This document shows positions 24,314 through 36,481 of a stretch of DNA of 64,000 nt, piece by piece (the stretch's first letter is position 1; the number at the start of each line of letters is the position of its first letter). The notes beneath the pieces were generated by a model, which saw only the letters and a program-made list of their open reading frames with translations, made no database searches and was not told the origin of the DNA. Position numbers and translations under genes: made by a program. The stretch lies in assembly GCF_947568905.1 (NCBI RefSeq), contig NC_079172.1:59706001-59770000 (forward strand), given 5' to 3'. Source of the DNA: Ostrea edulis (lineage: Eukaryota).

Positions 24314-25480
24314 CGAGAGCGAGTCAATAAGTAACCAGCCTAACTTATTTCTGGTTGAGATCCATCTCTTTTTTTATGTAATTACCCTCTTAGTGTGATG
24401 CACCAAGACCAACGGTATTCAAGTGCCATCAGCCCAGAACTGAAAAAATCAGGGTCCTTTCCATTGACCAACTCCTCAACTGCCGTCACGACTTCTTCGG
24501 AAACGACGTCCACCGATATCCATTTTCAAGTTTGGAAATAGGAAGAAGTCGCTAGGAGCTAGGTCAGGCGAATAGGTAGGATGTGGTATTAATTCATACC
24601 CATTTCGCTTTACAGCATGCATTGCAACTTTGCAAGTGTGGACTCTCGCGTTGTCCTGTTGCAACAAAATACATTAAGAGAGTTTACCTCGGCGTTTTTC
24701 ACGGATGGCAGTTCTCAGCTGGTCTTGCAAGGTTGCATAGTACACTCCAGTTATTGTGCTTCTCTTGGGTTCACCATAATAACGCCTTTTGCGACCCAAA
24801 ATACTGTGACCCGCAGATGGATGCGTCTTGAACTTCTTTGGACTCGGGGACGCAGGCCCTACCCACTGGTGACTCTGAGCTTTATTCTCTGGCTCATAAT
24901 AATGAACCCAAGTCTCATCTACAGTCACCAGACGCAACAGAAAAATCATCTTTTGACCTAAAATACTTCAACAAGGCGCTGCATACTGATGTTCTGGTTG
25001 CCATTTGCACATCGCTAAGGGAGTTGGGGACCCAACGGGCTGTTTGCTTGTGCATACCTAAACGATCATATAAGATTGTTGAATCGCTGCCATGTTAAAT
25101 CCCTAATGCCTGTGCTCTTTCTTCCACCTAAATTCGCCTATCATCGTGTACGAGATCCCGAACTTTCTTACACACTTCTTCGTCGGTGGCATCTAGTGGG
25201 CGTTCAGACCTGGCTTCATCTTCACCCATAAACATCGGCTAACTCGACGTGTATATCCTTGCCTGTTTTACCTTTTAAATACGGTACTCAACTTTAGATG
25301 AAAAGCATGCCTTTGAATCACTAGCCATGTTTGACATTCAATATCTTATTAACGAATGACTCGATACGCGCGCAATTTTGTACCCAGGTATAAAACATTT
25401 ATTGCAACAAGGCATAAAAATTGTGACCGTCTCGGTCAATCGGAAATGGGATAGGCTGGTTGCTTATTGACCCCTCCTTG
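24314..25480 (-). mobile_element. Full-length decayed mariner (DD34D) transposon
   Basis: TA duplications with 28-bp TIRs (CGAGAGCGAGTCAATAAGTAACCAGCCT / AGGCTGGTTGCTTATTGACCCCTCCTTG). Motifs VTVDETWVHYYEPE, QQDNARVHT and HPTYSPDLAPSDFFLFPNLK are split across frames. Confidence 0.93.
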
Positions 25481-26134
25481 TATATAAAAGTTCACCAAGC
25501 AAAATTGGAAAGTTTAGTTTATGCATTTTTATTAAACAATTGAATAAGGTACAAACGTACAAAATCATCATGCACAACACAGAATAGGAAATGTCATGTA
25601 TCTTACAAAAAAATAAGAAATAATATTCTGGGTAAAACGTACTCATAAAAAAGAGAAAAAATACTGATGACTATATATATATATATATACAAATCATTCA
25701 TATTTTATGCTGTAAGACATGTAAATACATGTGATACTACATGTAAGAGAATTATTCAAAGCGGTTACTTTGTAATATATACATGTATGTACAGCATCAA
25801 AAAGTTTCTATTAACATTTATAAACAAATATTTTTATTTAGAATGTGAACAGTCAATTAAAAGTACATCAAACAATTGAACAATTCATTTTTTTTTCAAA
25901 AGTAAAAACAGGACAGGACCATGTAAAAAGTAATGAAAAGAGTACTAAACGCTATCTCCATAACATCCCCACATATATTACACGTAAGGAAGTGGTTATA
26001 ACGATCGGCATTCAAGATACCAGCTTGGTTTCAAAGCTAACAGTGTAAATATATTTACTCCTTGCTTCTCTTAAATTAACAGTTGCAAAACTACACCTTT
26101 TCCCGAGCGCTAACCAAATGACTGTTTTCCTAGC

Positions 26135-26753
26135 ATACCGCGTGCTATTTTCCCAATAATTACCGGATATTTGTATATCTAACTACATACCGCGTGCTGT
26201 TTTCCCAGTAATCATCGGATCTGTGTATATTTAACTAATACCGCGTGCTGTTTTCCCAGTAATCATCGGATCTGTGTATATCTAACTACATACCGCGTGC
26301 TGTTTTCCCAGTAATCATCGGATCTGTGTATATTTAACTAATACCGCGTGCCGTTTTCCCAGTAATCATCGGATCTGTGTATATCTAACTACATACCGCG
26401 TGCTGTTTTCCCAGTAATCATCGGATCTGTGTATATTTAACTAATACCGCGTGCTGTTTTCCCAGTAATCATCGGATCTGTGTATATTTAACTAATACCG
26501 CGTGTTATTTTCGCAGTAATTATCGGATCTGTGTATATTTAACTAATACCGCGTGCTGTTTTCCCAGTAATCATCGGATCTGTATATATCTAACTACATA
26601 CCGCGTGCTGTTTTCCCAGTAATCATCGGATCTGTGTATATCTAACTACATACCGCGTGCTGTTTTCCCAGTAATTATCGGATCTGTGTATATCTAACTA
26701 CATACCGCGTGCTGTTTTCCCAGTAATTATCGGATCTGTGTATATCTAACTAC
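26135..26753. repeat. 51/52-bp minisatellite, 12 copies
   Basis: Unit ATACCGCGTGCTGTTTTCCCAGTAATCATCGGATCTGTGTATAT(CTAACTAC/TTAACTA). Confidence 0.97.
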
Positions 26754-26777
26754 TCTCTGGTCCTTTTTTACGTCACA

Positions 26778-27072
26778 GTAGCTAATTGGTAGAGCGTTCG
26801 CTTGGTAGTCGGGATATCGTGAGTTCGAACCACGCTTGTTTCATGACAGCGTCAAAACATAGGAAGTGATTGCTCCCTCTCCAAACGCTCGGCACCACAA
26901 ATCTTTTGAATATGACATTAAAAACGGAAGTCTTCTATCGGAGCAGACGTTGATAGGTTTAAGAACCATCACTGCTAGAGCCCTGATCGCTAAGCGTTGG
27001 CATAAATTTGGGGTACAATGTACTTATATAGCTGATGACGTCTCAATATCAGTTAAAATAAAACAACCAACC
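26778..27072 (+). mobile_element. tRNA-derived SINE, near full length, diverged
   Basis: A-box-like GTAGCTAATTGGTAGAGCG and B-box-like GAGTTCGAACC, then a body, and a tail TGACGTCTCAATAT...AAAACAACCAACC shared with 27.5 and 35.4 kb. Confidence 0.75.
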
Positions 27073-27519
27073 ACATTACCACGCATAATGAATTCAGTGT
27101 GACCCGTCCCTACTCCTACATAAATAGAACTCGGTGTCAAAACTAACCAAAGCCATTTTCCCACCACGTGTAAATAAGGCGCGTCCAATGCATACATTAT
27201 ACAAATACGATTAACAGAAGATGGGTGAGAGTAAAATTAGCCAGGTATGAACTACAATTTCAACCTATTCCTTCCATTTGGGATGAAATCAAATTATCAA
27301 CGTTACACATGTATTTTATCGCCATTATAGACACATTAATCATGATGGTGATTCGGAAACAAACAAATAATGATTTGGACCTCTACATATTTTATACAAA
27401 ATTTTCGCTGCATTCCTCAGGTATCTAATGGTCCCCATTCCATTTCTCTGTCAAATTAATTTTATGGTTGCATTCCTGCTATTATCTTTGCAGCTTCTAT
27501 CCAAATACCCTCCTAGAGT

Positions 27520-27713
27520 AGACCGATTTAGAATAGGTCCTCAGTACCCCCTTGCTTGTCCTAAAAGGCAATTACTTGGAGCGGCCTTTCGGATGAGACC
27601 GCAGAAACCGAGACTATGTGTCATAGAAGGTGTGGTTTGATAAATATCCCTTCCTTGCTCAAAAGCCGTCATCGCCGAGAATAGGCCTAAATTTTATAGT
27701 CCTTCACCGGCAT

Positions 27714-27748
<35 letters not shown>

Positions 27749-27778
27749 CGGGACGTTAAACAATATACAACCAACCAA
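27520..27778 (+). mobile_element. 5'-truncated SINE with 13-bp TSD
   Basis: ACCCTCCTAGAGT at 27507-27519 and 27778-27790. Tail GGTGACGTCTCCATATGAGTGAAAAATTCTCGAGCGGGACGTTAAACAA..CAACCAACC. Confidence 0.85.
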
Positions 27779-28081
27779 CCCTCCTAGAGTTTTGCATCTT
27801 TTTTTTACACCATCTCAAATAACGTCTGCTCATTCAAGCTCCGAATAGTGAAAACTATAGTTTAACTAAAAATTAAAAATCAAAAGTGTGTAATGTTTTG
27901 AAACGAGCAACCATTCATTTTCCATGCTAAGCAGTAGGAGATCTAGAGGGAGTCATAGAGTTTGAACTTCCCCCTCCCCGCGTTGAACATTTTAAAGAAT
28001 AAAGGTAATTGTCAATTTTGGTTGAAAAGGTACTATACATGTATTGGATCGCAAGCGCGCTTTGGTCTGAGTCCGTCACTT

Positions 28082-28428
28082 TTAATCATTACCCTGATCA
28101 TGTTGATTCACTTTCTTTGAGTGTTTAAAGCAGCTGGACACATTTCGAAACATCATTTTCAAATGAGCTCTCAGAACGAATATATCGGAGACGAATATGA
28201 CCAAGAACACCATTCCCAAAAGAAAACCTCCCAGAATTCCAATTCCTTGGGAGGAGGTCCGGAAGTCGGTGGCACTTTCCTTCTTCCTGATACTTGAGGA
28301 CAGATTCCGGACCTGGACCTGCGTAGCTGCCCTCGCTTTCTGTAGGACTGGTCTCATGATGTTCTTAATTTCATCAATTGAATAGTTATTCAGAAACTCC
28401 CATTTGCTAACCTTAGGTTCTTCTCTAT
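28082..28428 (-). CDS. Terminal exon of an uncharacterised single-pass membrane protein gene
   Basis: Acceptor TCTTTACAG, 347 nt (2 nt plus 115 codons including the stop). Reads REEPKVSKWEF...VQVRNLSSSIRKKESATDFRTSSQGIGILGGFLLGMVFLVIFVSDIFVLRAHLK...*, a hydrophobic helix preceded by an LSSxxRKKxSAxDxRxSxxxIG motif I recall from mollusc membrane proteins. Confidence 0.8.
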
Positions 28429-29541
28429 CTGTAAAGATGTATTTTGACTAAATGTAATGCTTGAATATAAGATACAGTAGTATTTCGGGAACTATTAAGG
28501 TGGTGGACTACAATGTCATTGTGGTTGTTTTTCTTTTTAAACACATTAATGAAACTTTAAAAATTAGCAATATATTCCTGTTAAATTTGATTGCCTAGCG
28601 AGGTAGGTCGGTCGGTTAATATGTCGACTGCTGATCTGTAAATCATATCGCAGCTTCGAGTTTAGCAGGTTTCATTTTTCTTTCTCATTGCTTTCTTTTA
28701 ACTTATGACCAAATAAAGTAAATTTGAAATTTTTCAGTTTCAAAATATTATAGTACACTTTTCATCTATATTAAATTTCTCTAATATGGCATTCCTCGTT
28801 AAGGTAGCACATGTAGCTTACTTACGGTAAAATCCTAGAACTGCTACACGGTCAACCATTATCAATGCATCATCTGAAATATTCAGAAAACGTCACACAA
28901 TAGTACATCAGCTTTGTTTACATATCTTGTCCTTAGAATTTTAATCATGTTGTAATCAGATCATTATCGTCCTTTTTTTCATTCCTATTGAAGAGTTTTG
29001 TCTATATCCATGTAATATTTAAGACTTGACCCACGATTCTATCCCCTTTCTTGAATCCAGGGCCCATAATTCAAAAATTAACTCCACATAACTTGGGAAT
29101 GTTTGCATATTAATGTCCTTCTGTGTGGTTCAGTAACTTTTTAAAAGAACGTTTTAATATTTCCCACATACATTCTCATGTTAAACTTTTGAATCCATAT
29201 TTTAGTTTCACCCTAGCTGGGGGTGGGAGGGGGCATGATTTGATCGAATATGAATCTGCACTACGTTGAAAGGCTATAGCAATATGACTAATTGTGGCCA
29301 GTGGTTGTTGAAAAGATTTTGAAAATACTCTTCACCCTTTTTGGTCTGGCTTCTCTTCAGAAAAAATGTTTTAAATACTTTTTTACTGTTATATATTCCA
29401 ATATTAAACGTTGACACCGTACTGTGGCTCCAACATACTCCGAGGACACTGATCTGATCAAACAGGAAAGTGCTAGCATACTATTATGACTAATCCTCGG
29501 TCCTGCTGCTCTTAAGAATATTTCTAAAGATCTTCTATATA

Positions 29542-29667
29542 CCCCTCCTAGGCACCTGATCCCACCTCTTGTATGCATGTATCTAGGGGTCCGTGTTTGC
29601 CCAACTCTCTATTTTGTGTTCCTTATACAGTTATGAGGTTGATCACTGTTCGTTATCTTCACCTTTC
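29542..29667 (+). mobile_element. PLE 3' tail fragment
   Basis: CTCCTAGGCACCTGATCCCACCTCT...GTTCGTTATCTTCACCTTTCA. Confidence 0.85.
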
Positions 29668-29869
29668 ACATGTTGTTAAGTAAAACTTTGATGATCTATC
29701 CATGTCCCATCCGAGTCTATGCCTCCTTGAGAAGGGATTTGAATCTGCAGTACCTAATGATGTTTGTATGTTAATATGATTAAAAGTTTCATAAGATATT
29801 TCCCAACTATTGCCTTGGAGATAACAGCTCATCTATCTTGGACCCTTCCTACCCTCCATGGTCATGATT

Positions 29870-30090
29870 TGAATTTACTGGACTCTGCACTAGTTGTCAA
29901 TATGGCTGAATTTACTGGACTCTGTACTAACTGTCAATACGACTGAATATACTGGACTCTGCACTAACTGTCAATATGGCTGAATTTACTGGACTCTGTA
30001 CTAACTGTCAATACAACTGAATTTACTGGACTCTGCACTAACTGTCAATATGGCTGAATTTACTGGACTCTGCACTAACTGTCAATATGA
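29870..30090. repeat. 37-bp minisatellite, about 6 copies
   Basis: Unit GAATTTACTGGACTCTGCACTAACTGTCAATATGGCT. Confidence 0.93.
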
Positions 30091-30271
30091 CCGATCATAA
30101 CCTCGCAGACTTCGCACCTACTACATGTATATATATCACCAGGTAAAACTCTGATTCCATATTGAAGCCCCATCCTAAACTCCCTGAAGGCCACTTTGCA
30201 CTACCTGAAGATTTTATTTGTTAGTACCAAATATATCCCCGCAGTTCTTCATAAGAGTTCCGATAGTTAGG

Positions 30272-30480
30272 CCGTTGGGCAAACACGGACCCCTGGACAC
30301 ACCAGAGGTGGGATCAGGTATGAGCCCTATATCCTGATTAGGTAAACGGAGTTATCCTCAGTCAAAATCAGTCTGTCAAGAACGGCTTAACAATCGGTAT
30401 GAAACACATCAGACAGCATTTGACCCAATGCAAGGTATAATATGAGTAAAAAATTCGCGAAGGGACGTAAAACAAACAAA
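30272..30480. mobile_element. PLE tail fragment (minus strand, internally deleted) fused to a SINE tail (plus strand)
   Basis: GGGCAAACACGGACCCCTGGACAC...CAGACAGCATTTGACCCAATG, then TATGAGTAAAAAATTCGCGAAGGGACGTAAAACAAACAAAC. Confidence 0.7.
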
Positions 30481-30481
30481 C

Positions 30482-31372
30482 GACTCATACTCATTAAACC
30501 CCGTACTCATTAAACCCCACACTCATTAAACCCCATACTCATTAAAACCCATACTCATTAAAACCCGTACTCATTAAATCCCATATTCATTAAACCCCAC
30601 ACTCATTAAACCCCATACTCACTAAAACCCACACTTATCAAACCCCATACTCATTAAAACCCATACTCATTAAAACCCGTACTCATTAAAACCAATACTC
30701 ATTAAACCCCATACTCATTAAAATCCATACTCATTAAAACCCGTACTCATTAAACCCCATACTCATTAAACCCCATACTCATTAAAACCCAGTAAAACCC
30801 ATACCCATTACGACTCATATTCATACTCATTAAACCCCATACTCATTAAACCCAATACTCATTAAACCCCATACTCATTAAAACCCATACTCATTAAAAC
30901 CCCATACTCATTAAACCCCATACTCATTAAACCCCATATTCATTAAAACCCAGTAAAACCCATACCCATTACGACTCATATTAATACTCATTAAACCCCA
31001 TACTCATTAAAACCCATACGCATTAAAACCCATACTCATTACGACTCATATTCATACTCATTAAAACCCATACTCATTAAAACCCATTAAAACTCATACT
31101 CATTAAAACGCATTAAAACCCACACTCATTAAAACCCATTAAAACCAATACTCATTAAAACCCATACTCATTAAAACCCATTAAAACCCATACTCATTAA
31201 AACACATTAAAACCCATACTCATTAAACCCATTAAAACCCATACTCATTCAAACCCATACTCATTAAAACCCATATTCATTAAAACCCATGTTCATTAAA
31301 CCCATAGTCATTAAAACCCATACTCATTAAAACCCATTAAAAACCATACTCATTACGACTCATATTCATACT
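30482..31372. repeat. 16-17-bp satellite ACTCATTAAA(A)CCCAT, about 50 units
   Basis: Directly visible, with interspersed ACGACTCATATTCAT variants. Confidence 0.97.
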
Positions 31373-31609
31373 CTTTGTGAAATAAACTAATTACAACTCC
31401 TACTCATAATGACTTACTTACGACTCATTCTCGAAATGACTCATACTAATGATGACTCGTGCTTAATTATAAGTCGTTATACTTGATATGATGCAAAATC
31501 AGACGTCTACCACAACAAAAATAAGACAAACTGTTGAAAATGAATAATAATATTCATTTCACACAACAGAAATCTTTATCAGGAGAAATTCTGTAAAAGT
31601 CATTCTTAC

Positions 31610-31715
31610 TTTTAGGTTTGTAAAAATGAAACGTGCATTGTTGTTGTGGATTTGGAAATTTGAGCTTCATACGTTGGGTGTAGATGCACGATAGTGGCTT
31701 TGGGTTCCTTGATAG
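31610..31715 (-). CDS. Internal exon of the same gene
   Basis: ACTTTGTAG acceptor, GTAAGA donor, 106 nt, phase 0 to 1. LSRNPKPLSCIYTQRMKLKFPNPQQQCTFHFYKPK joins both neighbours in frame. Confidence 0.7.
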
Positions 31716-31744
31716 CTACAAAGTATATGCCTTGATTTAGATGT

Positions 31745-32410
31745 ATGAAAGGGTGAAATTAAAGAACAGTAATCAAACTTATAAACAATACAAATTTAAG
31801 AATTTGGCAAACAGGGAACCATGAAAACATCAGAGGTACAAATGTACATTTGTAGGATCAAATGTCTAAGAGGAGTAAGCATCCCATGTTGTCTGATCAC
31901 AATTGCCACCAGCATTCGACCTAATAAACGATTGTATTTGCAAATAGATCAGAGTAACAACCACAAAATTTGCAAAATGCTGATCGTAAACAAGATTGTT
32001 GAAAGCCCTGTAACATCAATTTATTTCTCAATAGACTGTCTCGGCTTCAAAAATTGATCATACGCAGAACATGCTGTCCCGTATCGAATCAGTTAAGAGA
32101 CATAAACACCATATGCAAGTGATAATGGAATATATGTACATAGATATGGGAAGTTGAAAATGGAAAAGCTGAAGCAATCCCGTTTGTCATAAAGTTGAAT
32201 TAGTTTGCCATTAATAAAATATCTAGGTATGGAACAGATGTGGAATAATGTGCCGTCTTTTATGTGGAGTTTATTGGGATGTATTGATTTGACATATGAA
32301 TGAAAGTGAATAATTTTTATAGATAAAGCGTCGTTGGTGTATTCAGATATCAAGCCGAAAGCCATGCAGACGATTTTAAATAAATTCTGTTTCATAAGAA
32401 TACAAAAACA
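31745..32410 (-). mobile_element. Highly diverged PLE 3' fragment
   Basis: Minus ORF contains KLIQLYDKRDCFSFSIFNFPYLCTYIPLSLAYGVYVS. The tail motif CTAAGAGGAGTAAGCATCCC is present. Confidence 0.8.
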
Positions 32411-32447
32411 GATGAGATAATAAAGGAGCATAATTTTTTTTTTATGT

Positions 32448-33045
32448 AAGGTGAAGATAACGAACTGTGCTCAATCTCATAACTCCTCTATAAAGGTGAA
32501 GATAACGAACAGTGCTCAATCTCATAACTCCTCTATAAAGGTGAAGATAACGAACAGTGCTCAATCTCATAACTCCTATATAAAGGTGAAGATAACGAAC
32601 AGTGCTCAATCTCATAACTCCTATAAAGGTGAAGATAACGAACAGTGCTCAATCTCATAACTCCTATATAAAGGTGAAGATAACGAACAGTGCTCAATCT
32701 CATAACTCCTATATAAAGGTGAAGATAACGAACAGTGCTCAATCTCATAACTCCTATATAAAGGTGAAGATAACGAACAGTGCTCAATCTCATAACTCTT
32801 ATGTAAAAGTGAAGATAACGAACAGTGCTCAATCTCATAACTCCTATAAAGGTGAAGATAACGAACAGTGCTCAATCTCATAACTCCTATATAAAGGTGA
32901 AGATAACGAACAGTGCTCAATCTCATAACTCCTATATAAAGGTGAAGATAACGAACAGTGCTCAATCTCATAACTCCTATATAAAGGTGAAGATAACGAA
33001 CAGTGCTCAATCTCATAACTCCTATAAGCAATACAATATACAAAA
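32448..33045 (-). repeat. 13-copy tandem array (43/45 bp) of the PLE 3' terminus
   Basis: Unit AAGGTGAAGATAACGAACAGTGCTCAATCTCATAACTCCTAT(AT)A starts at 32448, 32493, 32538, 32583, 32626, 32671, 32716, 32761, 32806, 32849, 32894, 32939 and 32984. The last copy continues into AAGCAATACAA (PLE body). An RT scrap (MMEFLIDNIY, minus strand) follows at about 33060-33110. Confidence 0.95.
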
Positions 33046-33684
33046 TTCTAAAAACTCGTTGCCAAAGACTATGTAGATATTGTCAATGAGGAACTCCATC
33101 ATATTTCAATATTAACGTCCGAATATTTTTTTAGTTGAATCAGCGTAGTATTTAAAGTATTTTTTTATTACTAATCACAAGATATGATGGACTCCGAGTT
33201 CCATTCCTATTGAAAAGGGATATCTTTATGTCAATTTTTCATAAGGAATACGAATTGTCGGAACATATACACAGTTTTTAAGATGTTATTATGAACGATA
33301 AATTATTTTCAAAGCGAAGTGCATAAGTAAAATTGTGCAAGAAAAGATTTATTTCCTGTCTCTATCTATAAACACAAATTACAATTCAAGGAAGTCCCCA
33401 TAAAGTCAACAAATTCTACCTCAGCTGTTACTACATTATTGTACCATTGAATTTTGTACTTCAGCGCATTAAAACACAACTCAGTTAGGAGAGCAGTTTA
33501 CAATGAAATCTCAAACTTTGCGAACATGAGACATGCAACACCTTCTATATTATAATGTATAATATTTGTATTTTATGAATTTGATCTCTCGGTCGGATAT
33601 CCGAAAATTGTGAGAGACAGTGTAGATCACAAAATCATTGATCACCATTGTCAACTGATATAAGAAATTCTTTAATACACGTAC

Positions 33685-33804
33685 GTCAATAGTTACTGAT
33701 TTACTCTCATTGACCTCTTCATTGGGCCAGAATTCCAACTCCAGGGTTCCAATGTAATCAGAAACTTCAATACCACATATATAGAATGGTTTATTTTCTT
33801 CATG
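33685..33804 (-). CDS. Internal exon of the same gene
   Basis: GTTTTACAG acceptor, GTACGT donor, 120 nt, phase 0-0. HEENKPFYICGIEVSDYIGTLELEFWPNEEVNESKSVTID. Confidence 0.7.
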
Positions 33805-34431
33805 CTGTAAAACATAAACAAAATTTAGTATCGGCTAGTACGATTAAATATCTAAAACTAAGTACGCATAAACATAAACACAATTTAGTATCGGCTAGTA
33901 CGATTAAATATTTAAAACTAAGTACGCATAAACATGTAAGCTAATACGATGAAACATTTAATGTGCCGTGCCGTATTGAACCATATTTTAGTCGATCTTA
34001 AAAACGCGACCAAGTTTTGTCAGTATGATAAACTATGAAAAATAATATAGGTTATTTTATGAATATACAAATAATCACACTTAATTGACGGAGCACCCCT
34101 AAGAAAATTAGGGAATGACAAGTACAACTTGTCTAAGCTCTTTCACAGGAAGTAGATAGTGGTACAAATTGACAAATTCCTCTACTTCCTCTTAAAATTT
34201 TCCCGTCAAGAGAGATACATTGTTTTCCAAAGTGAATCTGAAAACCCACCCACCCAGCCCTCTTTTTCATACTAATGATGATGATAATCATTTCATGTAC
34301 AGCAAACAATGCAACAGTAATCTGCGTCTAGTTTTCTCTTTTTTCAGATTCATCAGAGGACCTATACAATCGCTGACATCAAAGATGAAATTTCCTGGAG
34401 CAGCAAGACCACCTGAGGCATCAAATCTCAC

Positions 34432-34506
34432 CTTTTGTGCATTGAAGTCAATGAACCATACTTCTCACAATAATTATAGTCCAAAAACTCTATAATAGAG
34501 CCATCA
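34432..34506 (-). CDS. Candidate further upstream exon
   Basis: CTGCAG acceptor, GTGAGA donor, 75 nt, phase 2-2, DGSIIEFLDYNYCEKYGSLTSMHK. It needs an unidentified phase 2-0 exon to join 33804. Confidence 0.35.
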
Positions 34507-35319
34507 CTGCAGTGTCGAACAGATTGATTTTAATCAAACAGATTGACTTTAATCAAACTATTAAGATCAAACATTCATAACTTAATCCGTCGCATTGTCC
34601 TTTCCTGTCACCGGGTCTGGGGGGACTTAAAGGGGGGTTTCGGGACATTTTTGGTCTGTGTTTCTCCCATCTGTCAACTAAGACAGGGACATGTGTTGTT
34701 TAGTGGGGAAAGTGTCACCCCTCATGTAATGTATGGTTGGGGTTCTACAAGTTTAAGCCATACTTGGTGCCCCCTTCACCTCTTTTAAAAGGAGGGAAGG
34801 CTCACAGTCTGGAGTACTCGGTGTCAGTAAGTACTATTTAACCAGGGAGCAATCTCTCGGAAACAGGGTAAACAGATATGTCCCGGGCCATTCCCGTCCA
34901 TATGTGGGTTTGTCAAGCATTGGGACTTCCGGGCATTTGTGTTCAACACAAGGCCTCCGTCATGCCCGTTATGCACCTTGGGTGTTGGTATTTCGGTTGT
35001 AACCCCAGACCTTGTACATATTTGGTGGATAATGCGGCCAATTATCTCCATTGTCCTAAAACTCTTTAGTGATTGTAGTGCTTGCAGTTGATTGTAATAC
35101 TTGGTGTAATAGAGTTAAATAAATGTGAAAATGAATTCAGAGTGTTGTCGTTACATTCCTTAAGTAAAAGGAATAGTGGAAAAAGGCAAATTGATGGTGC
35201 CTACTGGAATGTTCAATTGTAGTAAAAATGTAGTATGATTACACAGAGGATCAGGCGACTCAAATACTAAGAAGGTTACCAATTGCTGAGTCGACTTGGC
35301 GACTGTTCAATTAATATGA

Positions 35320-35590
35320 TTTGATAGAGTGATTGTATATTGTTTAATGTCCCTCCCGATAAGTTTTCACTCATATGGAGGCACCAACATTGCCGGTGAA
35401 GGGCTGCAAAATTTAGGCTATGCTCAGCGATTACGGCCTTTGAGCAGGGGTGGGTTTTTTTATCTGCCACACCTGCTGTGACACGGAGCCTCGGTTTTTT
35501 CCGGTTTCATCGAAAGGACCACCCCATTTAGTCGCCTCTTACGACATGCAAGGGGTTTTGAGGACCTTTTCTAACCCGGATGCCCACAAT
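35320..35590 (-). mobile_element. SINE, same family as 27520-27778
   Basis: TTGTTTAATGTCCC...TTTTCACTCATATGGAG.CACCAACATTGCCGGTGAAGGGCTGCAAAATTTAGGC is the reverse complement of that tail. Confidence 0.8.
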
Positions 35591-36481
35591 TTCGACAAAT
35601 TATAACCTGATATTAAAGAATTACTGGTCTACTCAATGTGAGCAGAACACGTTGATTTTCTAATGCATATTTATGAAAGAATGCCGTTCATGGTGGATGT
35701 GTGCAAGCGCGCGAGAAAAATATTAGAAACACCATGGAAGATGAGGGTTTCGTTTACAGTATATAGTCGTACTGACGAGTGATTTCATGTTAAGTACTGC
35801 TCCACATAAGAGTCAAGCAGGTCGTATAATAGGCGTGGTACATGAATACATGTATCTTAAAACTGAGAAATTTCTGTTTAAAAACATTTATTTCAGTGTA
35901 ATATACCTATCAATGGTAAAAAAATACCTTGTCCTTCATTTAGTGTATGATTCTAGGTCTGAAACCAAATGCACGTTCTTGTATGAAAATAACTGAATAT
36001 GTGCTATGTTCAGAATTCAATAAATCATATTCCCAAATGAATATTAGAAAGTTTAAATTTCTAGGTAATTACTATATTCATATTCAATCCTGAGGAGCAT
36101 CTAAAATTTTGTGTAAATCGATGTAGGCATAGAAATCGACTTCTAAAATTTTATTTTTAGAAAACACCATTATTTGCCGTACGAGTTATGTTCCTTCAGT
36201 ACACAGAGTGTAGGTGGCGGTTAAAATCATGATGATAGCATCCACTTATGCCCCTGTTGAACCTATCACATATTTACACCGGAAACAAATCTAGTTTATT
36301 TGAAATATTGTTCAAGAGCAATTTCGTGCCATTTGAGATAGTGAGAAGTTGGTGAACGTGAACTTACATACTTGCCATCTGTGCTGGCATTCGGATTTAG
36401 ACCGTTAAATCAAGGCTTTGAATACTGTTTGTGCTACCCACAGATACAGTCGTGGAATGCATTATTTCCCCATGGATACAC

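Noticed and set aside
26135-26753. 51/52-bp, 61-bp and 41-bp arrays as possible CRISPR arrays
   Set aside because: All are head-to-tail repeats without variable spacers.
26778-26850. tRNA gene
   Set aside because: A and B boxes are present, but there is no closable acceptor stem and the sequence continues into a SINE body and tail.
32451-33076. Overlapping repetitive ORFs on both strands, and a superficial CRISPR-like look
   Set aside because: The units are contiguous with no unique spacers, there are no cas genes, the context is eukaryotic, and the sequence is the PLE terminus.
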